Source: Octopus vulgaris (Eukaryota). From it: a DNA stretch of 64,000 nucleotides. Within the stretch, counting starts at the first letter, position 1. Each line of letters opens with the position of its first letter. The position numbers and the translations under genes were made by a program. Below the pieces are notes generated by a model. The model did not search any database. It had not been told where the DNA came from and saw nothing but the letters and a program-made list of their open reading frames with translations. The DNA lies in NCBI GenBank assembly GCA_951406725.2, contig OX597822.1, forward strand, positions 7,378,001-7,442,000, read 5' to 3'. This document shows positions 13,553-27,460 of this stretch, in pieces.

Positions 13553-15596
13553 TACATATACGAGTATACGAATATACGCACACATTTCTTAACACTTATA
13601 AATATGCATGTACACACACATTCGCATACGCTTATTGAGAACTATATCCGAAAAGGTATACATGCAAACATATATACCCACACACACATGCACAAACACC
13701 TATCCACCCATAGAAACACGTATATACAGACATAATTATTTTGCATACCTATACACACCCATATACAGGGAAGTATTGCCCTGCTCAGCATAACAACACC
13801 TTTCCCATCATAACAACTCCCTTCCCACCATAGCAATACCTTTCTCAGCATTTGAAGCTCGATCCTTATATCAGAGTCACTATTTGTAATCATTACTAAA
13901 ATAAATGTGTATGTATATTTCAATGTATAAGAGACGGTTCTGTGTTTGTAAGCATAATTTTAAGTTCAGTGTTTTGTATTATACCTTGATAACCCGAGGA
14001 TAATAATTTTCTGACCTTCTTTTTGTCACTGTTTGTTACATGAAGTAAATTACTTTAGAATACAACTATTAAAAATACCATTGTTTTAACGATAACATAT
14101 AGATTTGATATTTTGCATTCGTAGACTTCCCTAACCACATGAATGCATATATATTATTTGAAGGACTCTACTGTGTGCATTTCATGGTCCTTATAATTCC
14201 TGCATATATGAATTTACTAAGCTACATATGAGCGTCTAAACTTAATATGTGTGTTAAATAAAATTGCAAATATTTTATTCCGCATTTGGTTGACGTTGGA
14301 GTCGATTATAACATCATATATGGAATATTGTTTCTTTGAAGTGGAGTTATCCATAGAATATATCTTCTTGTATTTTGTTCTAACACTTTAGAAAGAGAGT
14401 TAAAATCTCGATTAGCTAAATTATTTTCAACAGTCCATGGTTTCTATTGGTAAAACAATATTGGGTTGATTTCATGGTGTAACCATCGAATGAATGTCAT
14501 TTTACGAAGATGTGAAATCAAATAAACAGTATATGAGGTATATGAAGATTAACCAAACCTCTACTCTTATTATGGATATATGCGTCGGATCTCTCTCGTA
14601 TGATGATGTGAGTTCACGTTTTAGAACAAGAGAAATAACGTGCGTTAGTGAAGAATTTATCTTTTGAATCAACAGTAAAATACGCACGTGGCGATACACA
14701 CGTGGACCTTATATCGAGTATCCGTAAATCCGAATTGAATTGCAAGATATAAGACGACTGTAAGTTATAAGAAAATGACAGTTGGTACCAAAGCCACAGG
14801 GTCCGATGCTCCCTATAAACTTCACTATTCGTCCAGTGCATGCCTACTATGTTAACGTGTGAAGAGATTGCATTATATGGCATTAATCTCATCTCCATGT
14901 GTAGTATTAGCAATTCCAAAGATGAGATTTTAATAAAGGAATTTTAAAAATATGACCGTTGTCATCCAAAAATAAAAATCTAAAATTAATACAAATGAAA
15001 TGTTTTATTTTTGCTTGCAAACAAAACCGGTAGGTGCGGTAGAGTGTGGAATATTATATAGCTTGATGATATTGGTTTCAAAGAATTTGATAATGAAACA
15101 CAAATTTTAAAAAAAATTAAAAGGAAGTAATTTAAATATTTTGACTGCGGAAAGAGAAACAATATATTAAAGTTGAATGGTTATGAATTGAACTGCTCAT
15201 TGACTTGCGAGTAATAATTTAATATGTTTTGTCTGTCACATGCAGAATATTAACTTCGTAAACACAATCAAAGTAACTAAGACAGACTTTATGAATTATT
15301 ATTTTTCCTTGTTTCTTTCATCTTTTTGAAGTTATTTTTCCGTGACTCTTCTTTACATTGTTATTATAAAATGGATTGTCAACATTGCGGGCAGCTAGGC
15401 TAAAATATAAAATATTGTGTTTGATCCACTTACAAAAACAATAGGAAAAAAGTTGAAAAGTTCAGGTAATTGACTGAGATAACAGATACTAGTTATTAAA
15501 TTCTTTACAGGGATATTTAAATTTTACATTTGTATCTTTAGTTCATATACATATATATATATATATATGTATACGCACACACGCACATACAAACAA

Positions 15597-15638
<42 letters not shown>

Positions 15639-15721
15639 GTGTATGTATATATATCTATACACACACACACACACACACATATATCTATCTATATATATAT
15701 ATATATATACCAAGAAAAAAG

Positions 15722-15769
<48 letters not shown>

Positions 15770-16540
15770 GTCCGTGTATGTGCATGCGTCTAAGTAATGC
15801 TTTTACAGAAGCAGTAAAACAACCAATTGAGTAGGTTTAGATGAAATATTAAATTAACGCATGCGTAAACTGACAAATTTTCTTGTAAACGATTTTTAAG
15901 TTTTTGATTAAAAAAAAGGAAAACATCAATCATTAATATTCTTATTAAATACAGCAACGTTTCTCCCTCCCCCATTTTAATATTAATGCATTGTAAATTA
16001 ATTTGGGTTGACTAGTTTATAGCAAATAATTAAACAGTAGATCAAAGAGATAATGTCCACTATTATTTTAATATTTTAACTTGTTTATCTTCTTTTTTGA
16101 CTTTCAAAAAGATAATTTCTCTAACATCTATAGTTCCCTGCTAGCATGGAATAGTTGCTAGCTATAAAAATTCAAATATCTGTGAGGATTGTCGGACCAA
16201 TTTTGTTACAGTTCAATTATCTAATGAATGCCAATAATTCAACTGTGCAAAATTTTAAAAAATGCTTCTCATATTTGACAGTGAATATAGCTGAGTACCT
16301 GACAATTTATGCGACATGGGTCCCGACTCTTAATAATTTGTAGAACATGCTAGCTAGCAAATTCCATCGTTCCATAATTTCAGATAATAAAAGAAACAAG
16401 AAAGTAGTTACTCCATGAAATGCATCCGTGTATGAAGTTTAAGAAGCAAATTGATTTTAAAGGTGAACACCTGAGAAATATTTAAATTAAGTATTGTCTG
16501 GAAAAATAACTGAAATAAGCCTTCTACTTTGCCAAAGTAA

Positions 16541-16957
16541 AGGCGCGGGAGTGGCTGTGTGGTAAGTAGCTTGCTAACCAACCACATGGTTCTGGGTTCA
16601 GTCCCACTGCGTGGCATCTTGGGCAAGTGTCTTCTGCTATAGCCCCGGGCCGACCAATGCCTTGTGAGTGGATTTGGTAGACGGAAACTGAAAGAAGCCT
16701 GTCGTATATATGTATATATATATGTATGTGTGTGTGTTGTGTGTCTGTGTTTGTTCCCCTAGTATTGCTTGACAACCGATGCTGGTGTGTTTACGTCCCC
16801 GTCACTTAGCGGTTCGGCAAAAAGAGACCGATAGAATAAGTACTGGGCTTACAAAAAGAATAAGTCCCGGGGTCGAGTTGCTCGATTAAAGGGGGTGCTC
16901 CAGCATGGCCGCAGTCAAATGACTGAAACAAGTAAAAGAGTAAAGAGTAAAAGAGTA
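16541..16957 (+). mobile_element. tRNA-derived SINE, family B, full length
   Basis: A-box TGGCTGTGTGG, B-box GGTTCAGTCCC, internal (TA/TG)n, tail GGTGCTCCAGCATGGCCGCAGTC...GAAACAAGT(AAAAGAGT)n; several other copies in the window. Confidence 0.9.
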
Positions 16958-17215
16958 ACAGATATTTCCATAAAAGAAACTGAACACTACAGTATCTCTC
17001 AAAGGAAATAAATGTATTTTATGTAATAATGGTGAGGTACCGAGCAATATCACCGTCAGCAGTTCATATGTTGATAAAATAAAACAGATACAAATTAGGG
17101 GAGATAGTTCCCTTCCAATTTGAAACATGTCTCTGTAATAGCTTACATACATAGACATACCTAGTTATTTGTGTGTGAATATGCTTACATATGTATACGC
17201 AGACACACGAACATA

Positions 17216-17259
<44 letters not shown>

Positions 17260-18213
17260 AATGTAATATGTGACAATTATTCCGTAGCAAATGATAAAAG
17301 TCCGAGTTTCGGATGTCGGGGGCGGGCACTCACGTCGGCATCACTTCACTTATTGGGCCATCGAAATAAATGCTATGAAAATGGCCGTTAAAACAAAGAG
17401 GAATTACTGTGTGATTGACCGTTATTAAGACAAAAGAGCTATTAGAATGGCCGCTAAGTAAGGGGAGAGAGTAAAGGTAAGGGAGTAAAAATGTTCATAG
17501 GAATCGCATAAGTGTGCATGTCAATGCATACACATGCGCTCCCGTATACCCACGTACATGTGCCTATATGTATATACTCATCCACCCTCACTTGAAACAC
17601 ACATGGTCAGCCACACATTCACCAAAAAATATATGAATACCCGCATACACGCTCACACACACATGCGCGCGCAAAGAAAAGGTTCATACACACATCTATA
17701 TACGCACATGAACAAGAAAACACAAAGTTAAACGCAAAAAACGGGAAAATGTGAAAAAAGTGTGCAAAAAATAAGCAATAACAGTTAAACACGTCTATAT
17801 ACACACATACTCGCATGCACGTACACATACAGACAAATCTATACACGCACATACCCAACACACACATCTACACGCGCGAACAACAAAAATTCATATACGC
17901 CTATATGCGCACAGGAAAAATGCAGGGAGGAAGGTAGAACACAGAAAAAATATGTGTAAAAAAATCTATGAGCAATGGAACTATGAAATAATATCTCTCG
18001 AAATATGTCAACAAAATATATAAAAATGTATGAGAAATATGAGTAAAATGTATAGAGAGATACAAAGCTTCTGTGTGGACACAATATACAAAGCAAATCC
18101 TATCTGTAATCTAGAGGGGACACGAAATGTTTTTGGTTCCCCCGACATTACAGATTATAATGCAATAAATTCCAAAATGTACAAGAAAAACGGCGGGAAC
18201 TTAGTTGCCAACC

Positions 18214-18783
<570 letters not shown>

Positions 18784-18892
18784 TAAAAGCAATTAAGATT
18801 CATGTGAGTTCCAATTAATTCACATGAATGCGGTACTTAACTTAGATGCACCAGAAATCTATATGGTATTAACCATAAAATAATATATGTGT

Positions 18893-18981
18893 TTTGGCTG
18901 ATGAGTACGGGACACTTGTATTTGCTGCAATATTTGCAGCTTTTAATAAAGCTGTTCTTCGTATGAAACAATTGTACTGAA
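18893..18981 (+). ncRNA. Type I hammerhead ribozyme motif with extended stem II
   Basis: UUUGG-CUGAUGA-GUACG...CGUAU-GAAA-CAAUUG-UA-CUGAA; palindromic stem III, GUA triplet; island between (TA)n arrays at 18728-18780 and ~19013. Confidence 0.8.
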
Positions 18982-20275
18982 AAACTAATCCATTCTCGTT
19001 GCTTTTTTCTTGTATATATATATATATATATATATATTTATACATGGGTGATCTATAGAATACCCACACTCTTAACCACAAATATGTTAAATCTGAATGT
19101 TCATTTGCAAGAGAAGTGTATGGACTCCTTATCATAAATTTATAAATTAGTCTTTTGACTTGGCTGCGCCCTGTCCCATTGTGGAATTCATAACATTTCT
19201 TGTTGCTCTAGTGTATTCAATTAGATATGAGTACCGCACAATTAGTGGTGCATCTCCCTTTTCCTCTAGTAGTTATATTATTGTTGTTCCTCTAGATAAA
19301 TGTTGAGAAGATTAAGGAAATCAATGTCTGCTTGCTTCACCATGGTCAACTAAAGCAAATATTGAAATTGTGATAAAATCTACATGTCATAATCGGTTGC
19401 GAGGGATAGCTAAGATTTTTATCTTATAACGCTTTCATAACCAAACGAAGTTGCAGACAGTTGCAAGCTGTGTAAATTAATATTCTTTTTGCAGAATGAT
19501 TGGCTTATTTCTGAGATTATGACATCATGTTATATGAGCAAGCTTTGGAAGAAATCTCAAGTGTTCATAACGACTAAGCAAATATATAACAATAGGCATA
19601 GTTTGCTTATTGAGCCGTTGGAAGTATCTACGTTTCTGTTGTGACAAATTCTGTAGCTATCTGGGAAATTATTTAGCGATCGCCACCCTGTCTTTAATAA
19701 ATTTACAGTTATTCGAAGCTACAGGAGCTACGATTGTGTCCATATTTACAATTTCCTGCATAATACAGCCGTGGTATCAGAATATTATCTTGACACGTAC
19801 TAATTATATTCCGCTAATTTCTGGCGAAAATTCAAGAGACCAATGCATACAATTTTGATCTATTGGGTGGCTGATAGTATTAGGTGAATGCCTGTGTACT
19901 TACAGTATTTACGTGTCACTTTGTGAGTGTTTGTGTTGTTCGGTTTAGTGGCAGTAATATAAATATTGTGAACATTTTCTTCATTGAAAGTGTATATGCA
20001 TGGTTAGGTGCATTTAAATATATGCTATATTTTTATTGATGTTACTATGTGCGTACATATGAACGAGATAAATGAATAAATTCGGCGAGAGGGAGAGAGA
20101 AAGAGAAAGAGTGAAAGATAGAGTAATAGAGAAGGAAAGAGAGGGTGATACAGAAAGATATCTGGTTGCAGATAGATAGATATATAGATAGATAGTTGGA
20201 TAGATAAACAGACAGAGAGCTAAATGGATAGGTAGAGAGACAGACAGATATATATATATATATATATATAGATAT

Positions 20276-20345
<70 letters not shown>

Positions 20346-20835
20346 TGATAAATAGATTAATAGAGGGTGAATATATAATTCTTAAATTTGTATTATATAC
20401 GATAGCTGTTCGGAAATTGAGGAAACATGCCTTTATGGAATACGTATATAACTATTGGCGAACAGACTTCAATGAAGAGGCACAGAATTCAGAATTCCAA
20501 GAAATGTCAAAGAGATACTTTGGACACAAATGTTTACCGAAAAAGACATACACAAACACGCACACACATTAAATATAATTATGCTATAATGTAATGAAGG
20601 AACTAATCATCAGAAGAAATCATCTTAATTCAGACATCAGGATCTGCTAGAATAAACATTTCTCATTATTGTGTAGTAGGGAATTAAGTTGTTTCGCAGA
20701 CTTCCACAATTTGCAAATATCAAATGAACACATTTTAAACGTACAAGGCTCCACGTTTTTGTACAAACCAATTATTGTCGTTCTCATAGAATCTGTAAAT
20801 TGAAATTTGCTAAATGCATCCATTTCTTGCTACAG

Positions 20836-21240
20836 TACTCTTTACTATTTTATTTGTTTCAGTCATTTAACTGTGGCCATTCTGGGGTCGAACAAATTGA
20901 CCCCAGAACTTATTGTTTGTAAACCTAGTACTTATCTTATCGGTCTCTTTTGCCGAGTCGCTAAGTTACGAGGACGCAAACACACTATCATCGGTTCTCA
21001 AGCGATGCTGGGGGGTGAACAAACACAGACACACACACGTATACACACACCCATACATATATATAAACACATAAACGACGGGCTTCTCTCAGTTTCCGTC
21101 CACCAAATCCACTCACAAGGCATTGGTCGACCCGAGGCTATAGTAGAAGTGACCTGCCGAAGGTGCCACGCAGTGGGACTGAACCCGGAACCATGTGGTT
21201 CGCAAGCAAGCTACTTACCACACAACCACTCCTACGCCTA
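20836..21240 (-). mobile_element. SINE family B
   Basis: Reverse complement of 16541-16957. Confidence 0.85.
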
Positions 21241-21551
21241 CAATATAATAAAAAATTGTAAATCCTATCCGATTCTGATGTTGAAATTTTCATGAATCGT
21301 TCTAGAGTGAAGACCACGGTTATAGCTTATTTTTATATGCATGTAAACATATGTGTGTCTCTACGTATCTCTACATATATTTATGGGTGTGAATGTAGGT
21401 GACGTCAAAGACAGAACCGGACACAGATTAAGAAACTGCTGGCCGACATTTATTCATCTGTTAGCCTCGTCATTCTAAATGTGTGTATGTGTTTGTATAT
21501 AATTATACATATATATATGTGTGTGTGTGTGCGTGTGTGTCTGTGTGTGTT

Positions 21552-21585
<34 letters not shown>

Positions 21586-21587
<2 letters not shown>

Positions 21588-21683
21588 TGGAGTGCTCAGC
21601 CACTTACATGTTAGTTTCACAAGCAAGCTCTTCCGTTGATCGTATCAGTTGGGACCCTCGTCGTCGCAACCGACGGAGTGCTC
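21586..21683 (+). mobile_element. 3' fragment of SINE family A, tail type 2
   Basis: TGTGGAGTGCTCAGCCACTTACATGTTAGTTTCAC matches the tail of the 30902-31230 copy. Confidence 0.65.
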
Positions 21684-22843
21684 CTTTGTATGTATGTATA
21701 TATATATGTATGTATGCAAGTATGTATGTATGTATGTATGTATGCATGTATGTATGAATTTGTGTCAGTATGTATGTATGTGTGAAAAAATAATAGAGAA
21801 GCTAGTTGCAAAAGTGGATAAAAATTGCAAAAAATACTACAATGAAGGATAATATTCATTTTTTCCGTATAAGTCATTAGGCCTCAGGTTTTGTGGTAGG
21901 GTGTGCAGTCGATTACGTCGACCCCAATACGACATTGTAGCAACAAATGAGAGCTTTCTCGTTTGTTTCCACAATCAGAGTGTCAACATGTTTTCTCCAT
22001 TTCAATAATCTTGGAACAAAATTTTAAATTTTGAAATGTGAAGTTGATAATTCACCCAAGGAAAATGTGTTTCCTTGACATTTAATCTGTTTATTCGTCA
22101 ATAAACACGCGTGAAGCAACAGTTGTGAATGCTAACCCGCCGTTGTTTCTTCCTTTCTTTATACATATATGTTTGTGTGTGTGTGTATATACATGAACAC
22201 ACACATGCACAAACACACATACATACATTACACACACACACACGTACACACACGGACATATACATTTACATACATACGTATATATATATATATATAATGC
22301 TATGATGGTAATTCTATCCCATAACTAATCTGTAGAGATATGCATACACCATATCGTAACAAAACATTAGCAGTAAAAATATATATTGACAGTATATACA
22401 TGAATGTAGGATGTGTGACAATAACGGATCATGTCATAAAGTTTTCTTTAGTATAAAATGTAGATGATACAAATTTTGCTTTAATTTCCTGTTCTCACTG
22501 ATTGTGTATGATAGTGAATAAATACAGGAACCGAGGTTTATATATTCGTGTTTGAATTGACGTATTTTTAAAGAAATTCTATAGTTTTCATGTGTAACGT
22601 AGATGCATAATACATGTCGGTGAGTAGCTAGTTTGTGCTAGCTGGCGAAAAACGTGTACATATACAGTTAAACTATTGTTTACTGAGATACTGTATTGCT
22701 AGTAATGACACAAGAATATGTAGGAAGAGTATTAGTTATATATACATACATACTTGCATACATAAATTCATACATACATGGTGGTTGTCTACTATTTATA
22801 CAGCGTTTGACCACCTCCTGTACCTGCACCTTAGTACCATCAT

Positions 22844-22895
<52 letters not shown>

Positions 22896-22940
22896 GTATG
22901 TATGTATGTATGTGTGTGTCTCTGCGCGCGTGTGTGTGCA

Positions 22941-24118
22941 TTGGGCCATCCCATAAACAATGCAGCTAAAGTCGGATGGAGACACGATAACCTATCTGCA
23001 TCAATTTGCTATAAAACCACGCATAAATTTTACCTTGTCCTTATTCTTAGTGCAGGTTCTGAAGAGAGTAATTCGATTTTAACAGGTGTTATTTCAAAGC
23101 TATAATGGAAGTAACAAAGGAGCATATTTGATATATTTTTCTTTATCCGTTCAATAAAGGCAACAACGCAACGGTGGTTCCAGAAATTCCGAGTCGGAAG
23201 CTGCAGCTTAGAAGATGAGCGTCGGCTGGGAAGGTCTGTAGAGTTCCTGGTGGAACAAAATCTCAACGTAGCTGTTGAGGGACTAGCACAGTAGCGTGAA
23301 TTTGGTCATTCAATCATTCATCGAAATCTGTGTTCCATCGGAAAATTCAGCAAATTGTGTCAATGGTTTCCTCACAAATATTCTGCGTGTAATCGAGCGT
23401 GGAGAGTGAATGTGTGCGTTTCGTTGCTTTCACGTCTCACGGATGAGCGTATTTTAGGCCGAATAGTGACTTCTGATAAGAAATGGGTCCTCTATAAAAA
23501 TGTCAAGCGTCGAAGACAGTGGATAGGGAAAGAAGAAACACCGGCTCTGCAGGCTAACGAAGGTTTTCACCAACGTAAGGCGCTATTATCTCTTTCGTGG
23601 GATATGAAAGGTTTAGTCCACTTTGTGCATTTAAACCCAAATCAAACGGTGACAAAAGAGATCTACTGCAAGCAGCGTGAAAGGCTTAAGTCAGCGTTAG
23701 AAGAACAACGACCATATTTGGGTTCAAGAGGATTGGTGATTTTCCATCAGGATAATGCACGGCCACATACAGCGCAGATAACATTCCAATGGCTGGAGCA
23801 ATTTGCATGGAAATATATGCCCACCTACCATATTCGCCGGACATTGTCCCATCTGATTATCACTTATTCCGCAGTTTTCAAAATCATTTGGACGTGAAAA
23901 ATATGAATACTCTACACGAGGTCAGAACAGTACTGATGGAGTATATTTCGCCACCGACAATTGAATTTTATTAGAGAGCAGTTGCTAGACTACCATATTG
24001 GTGACAGAGCATTGTAGAAAATGAAGTGGAGTATATTTTAGATTTAAAAAGAACGTTGTTTATCTTTTATTTGAGAAATAATAGAATAAAAAACCAAATT
24101 AGTTTTGGGATGACACAA
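22941..24118 (+). mobile_element. Mariner (DD34D) transposon, near full length, pseudogenised
   Basis: TIRs TTGGGCCATCCCATAAA / TTTTGGGATGACACAA; motifs IVTSDKKW, HQDNARPH, HLPYSPDIVPSDYHLF; stops and a frameshift present. Confidence 0.92.
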
Positions 24119-24158
24119 TCTTTCTCGCTGTCTGTATCTGTCTGTCTGTTCCTTTCTC

Positions 24159-24204
<46 letters not shown>

Positions 24205-24207
<3 letters not shown>

Positions 24208-25411
24208 TTTATTTTAAGCAGCAGAAAATTCAACAAAATCTGTTACTCTGAGTTTCTCGTTGCCGTTCATCGGACATTTTTTGCTAGAATGGAACTGATA
24301 TATCAATTCAATCTATACTCTTACAAACGCTACACCTTTAAAAAGAAATGGACTTGTTTGATTGGCCCTTTAGAAAAAACGGTCAATCTTCGAGCGATAA
24401 ACAAAAAGGTCAAAAATATATGTATATATATATAAAAAACTTATAAAAATTATAAAAATTATAAAATCCGAGGAAAAAACCTATTCACGTTAATGAAGAC
24501 AGTGCAAATTAATGCATAGAAATTAAACCTGTTATAAATACTGCAATACATATTTATATTAAAATCTACATATATATATCAACATACACAAAAGGATGCG
24601 CGTAAACGCCATACATACATATACAGACGTATGAATATAAATCTAAATATACACATAAAAGCATGTGTACATATATTCACGCAAACCGTCTCGCACGCAA
24701 GCTAAAATTCATCTATGTAGCAATTCTCATATACTGGGCAAGGAGGGGGAACGAAAGAAAGGGAGAGAGAGAAAAAGGAACGAAGGAGGGGTGGGGAAAA
24801 AACGAAATAAGAGAAAATTATGTATACAAGCAGTGTAACGGTATTATTGGCATATATAGAGACCAGTATACATACACAAGTTTGAATGGATACATATACA
24901 TACAGTCGTGTATATGTGTGCTTAAGCACAAACATACTTTCACTTACACATACACAGATACGCATGCTTACAAATACATATGCTTTGCTATACACATACT
25001 TATATAAACGTTCTAATTTTGACAACATTGCTTTTTTTAAAAAAACATTGCTTTTAAAAATGGGTGCATTAATGAAAATATATACGAAAGACATATAAAA
25101 TAAAATATAACATCCTATTTTGGGTCATTTATAAATAATCAAGGTAATATATATAATCAAGGTAATCCTATGCAATACAATAACATGAAAACAAAGTTTG
25201 TAGGTTTTTCCTAATATATATGTAGAAACATAAGACTGTAGATATGTAGAAACATAAGACTGCAAAAACTGTCCGATGAACGGCAATGAGAAACTCAGAG
25301 TAACATATTTTGTTTAATTTTCTGCTGCTTAAAATAAAGCATATTACTCTACCACTGGTATTTGAGTACTCTTTTTTTCCACCTTGTTTCACATTTATGT
25401 GTTTACTGCGG
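24205..25411. mobile_element. Penelope-like non-autonomous element bounded by inverted hammerhead-bearing repeats
   Basis: 24205-24284 is the reverse complement of 25262-25343; each arm carries UGU-CCGAUGA-ACGGCAA(C/U)GA-GAAA-CUCAGAG-UA-ACA (24240-24277 minus, 25269-25305 plus); (TA)n outside both ends. Confidence 0.75.
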
Positions 25412-25417
25412 TATATA

Positions 25418-25456
<39 letters not shown>

Positions 25457-26565
25457 ATTTGTGTAATGTGTAAATATGTATGCATATAAATCTAATACTA
25501 CTTTTATATATTTTTGTATCATTTCTAGGAATACATCTCTCTGTTCACTACCGTTGCACTAGATATAGTTCAACACTAATTATGTATTTCGCCAGCTAAC
25601 ACAAATTAGCAATTCACCGACATGTATTATGCATCTTCGTTACACGTCAAAAGAAAATAAATTCGTTTACAAGAATTTAATTCAAACACGAAAATATAAG
25701 ACTGCGGTTGCTGCATTTATTCACTCTCATACACAATCCCTGAGAAAAGGAAATTCTATCAAAATTTGCATCATCTACATTTTATACAAAAGGAAACTTT
25801 ATGTAATGATCCATTATTGTCACACACCCTGCATTCACCTACATACTGCCAATGTAATTTCTACTGCATACACATTTTTAAAGATTAGTTATGGGATAAA
25901 ATTACCCTTATTAAAAAAAATACCCAACTGAATTGCATCTTGATGTTTTATAGAGCTCCATAAATAACATAAGTTTGAAAAGCAATTATTTTGAGATATG
26001 TCAAACGAGAATCATTATATATATATAACAAATATTATGGCTCTCTTATCTGTCGTGTATATGAAATTTAACGTGCTATAGACTAATATAAATGGTATAC
26101 ATACGTACATACATACATAAATACACAGCACGTACATATAAATACATACTTGTGTGTTTGTGTATATATATGTGTGCGGGGGGAGGAAGTATTCGTATAT
26201 GTGTGAGAGTACACACACACACACATCTATATACAATTTTCACGATCGAATGGAATCAAGGTATTTAAATAACGAAAGACGCGTGGGTAGAGCCGGTGGA
26301 TAGATTACCAGATTCCCAAGTATTTATGATGGGAAATACGGACTTGTCCTTTCCGTTACGAATACTTTCACAAGTATAGGCAAAATACATAACGCATACG
26401 TAAAGTCACAGAAGGGTATCCTCGTAAGCTTAAGTTCTAACGCAGGGATGTTCCCGAGTGGGTTGTAGTATAAATTACACATATGGGCTGAGGGTCAGAA
26501 TAGCTGTTTCAAGTAAGAAGGTCAATATATATGATATATTATCTCTGTGAGAAATTTTGAATATC

Positions 26566-26742
26566 AAGCTCCACGCGGCTCCGGCAGAAGGTAATGGCGA
26601 ACTTCTGCTGACTCTTTCGCCACAACTTTCTCTCACTCTTTCCTCTTGCATCTTGCAGCTCACCCGCGACGGACCGCCAAGGAAAAAGGGAAACCGGCCC
26701 TACGAGCCAGGCATGACTTGAGAAGGAACAAACAAACAACAA
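26566..26742 (+). mobile_element. 5'-truncated SINE sharing the family A central domain, tail type 3
   Basis: AAGCTCCACGCGGCTCCGGCAG...TTTCGCCACAACTTTCTCTCACTCTT shared with 94-403, then a different tail ending (CAAA/CAA)n. Confidence 0.65.
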
Positions 26743-27094
26743 TTGATTTGTTAATCTGTGTTATCATATATACGAGTGATGCTGAAAAGTTCTTAGCTCC
26801 GGGTGAAAGATAATACAGGATCATCAGCTTAATTTCTAAAGTAATAAAAATTGTTATGTGTAATATGTTCCCTAATTAGGATGTCTGTGTTATTAACGGT
26901 CATTATCTATACTGAGTAAGTGTTTTTCTCTTTTAAACAATATTGATCAGGGGTTCAAGATGAAATAAAAGATGTTGAGAACTAATAAATAGGTTCTGTT
27001 TTCCAGACATCAACACGCATGAATATGAATGGATACATAATTATTAAAATATTTGTATGCTGTACATGATGTCTAAGGGGAACGAAACGAATTC

Positions 27095-27460
27095 ATTTCC
27101 TTGTATGTGAGGACCGCATCAACGAGGACTAAGAGAGCAAGAGCAAGAAATATGCTAAGCAACTTGAGCTATTCCACAGCAACTGGGGGCAAAGGAAGTC
27201 CGATATCATTGACCCGATATATAGAGTATTTTCGGGCCAGTCTCCCGCAGACATTGCAATATGCTTGGCATCGCAGGGATCATTTTAAAGAAAGTCATCA
27301 GGTTGCCTCAAAGTGACTGTTGACAAGAAGGTGGGAGCCTTCGAAGGCGCAGTGTCAGAAGGATGGTGTTAAGTGGCCACTAGCTGCGGATTTTTCAAAC
27401 ACTAGCTTGACCCAACTAAGTGCCTGGCCCATCTGGGTCGCCTGAGATGCTTGTGTGAAC
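27095..27460 (+). mobile_element. Highly degenerate HERO-like LINE 3' end
   Basis: One frame reads EDRINED*ESKSKKYAKQLELFHSNW, resembling the RLE C-terminus of the 31763-33720 element; followed by a GC-richer 3' UTR-like stretch. Confidence 0.4.

Noticed and set aside
14500-14930. 101 aa ORF in complex unique sequence, possible host exon
   Set aside because: No recognisable domain, codon pattern or convincing splice signals; the same applies to 19610-19858 and 61075-61269.
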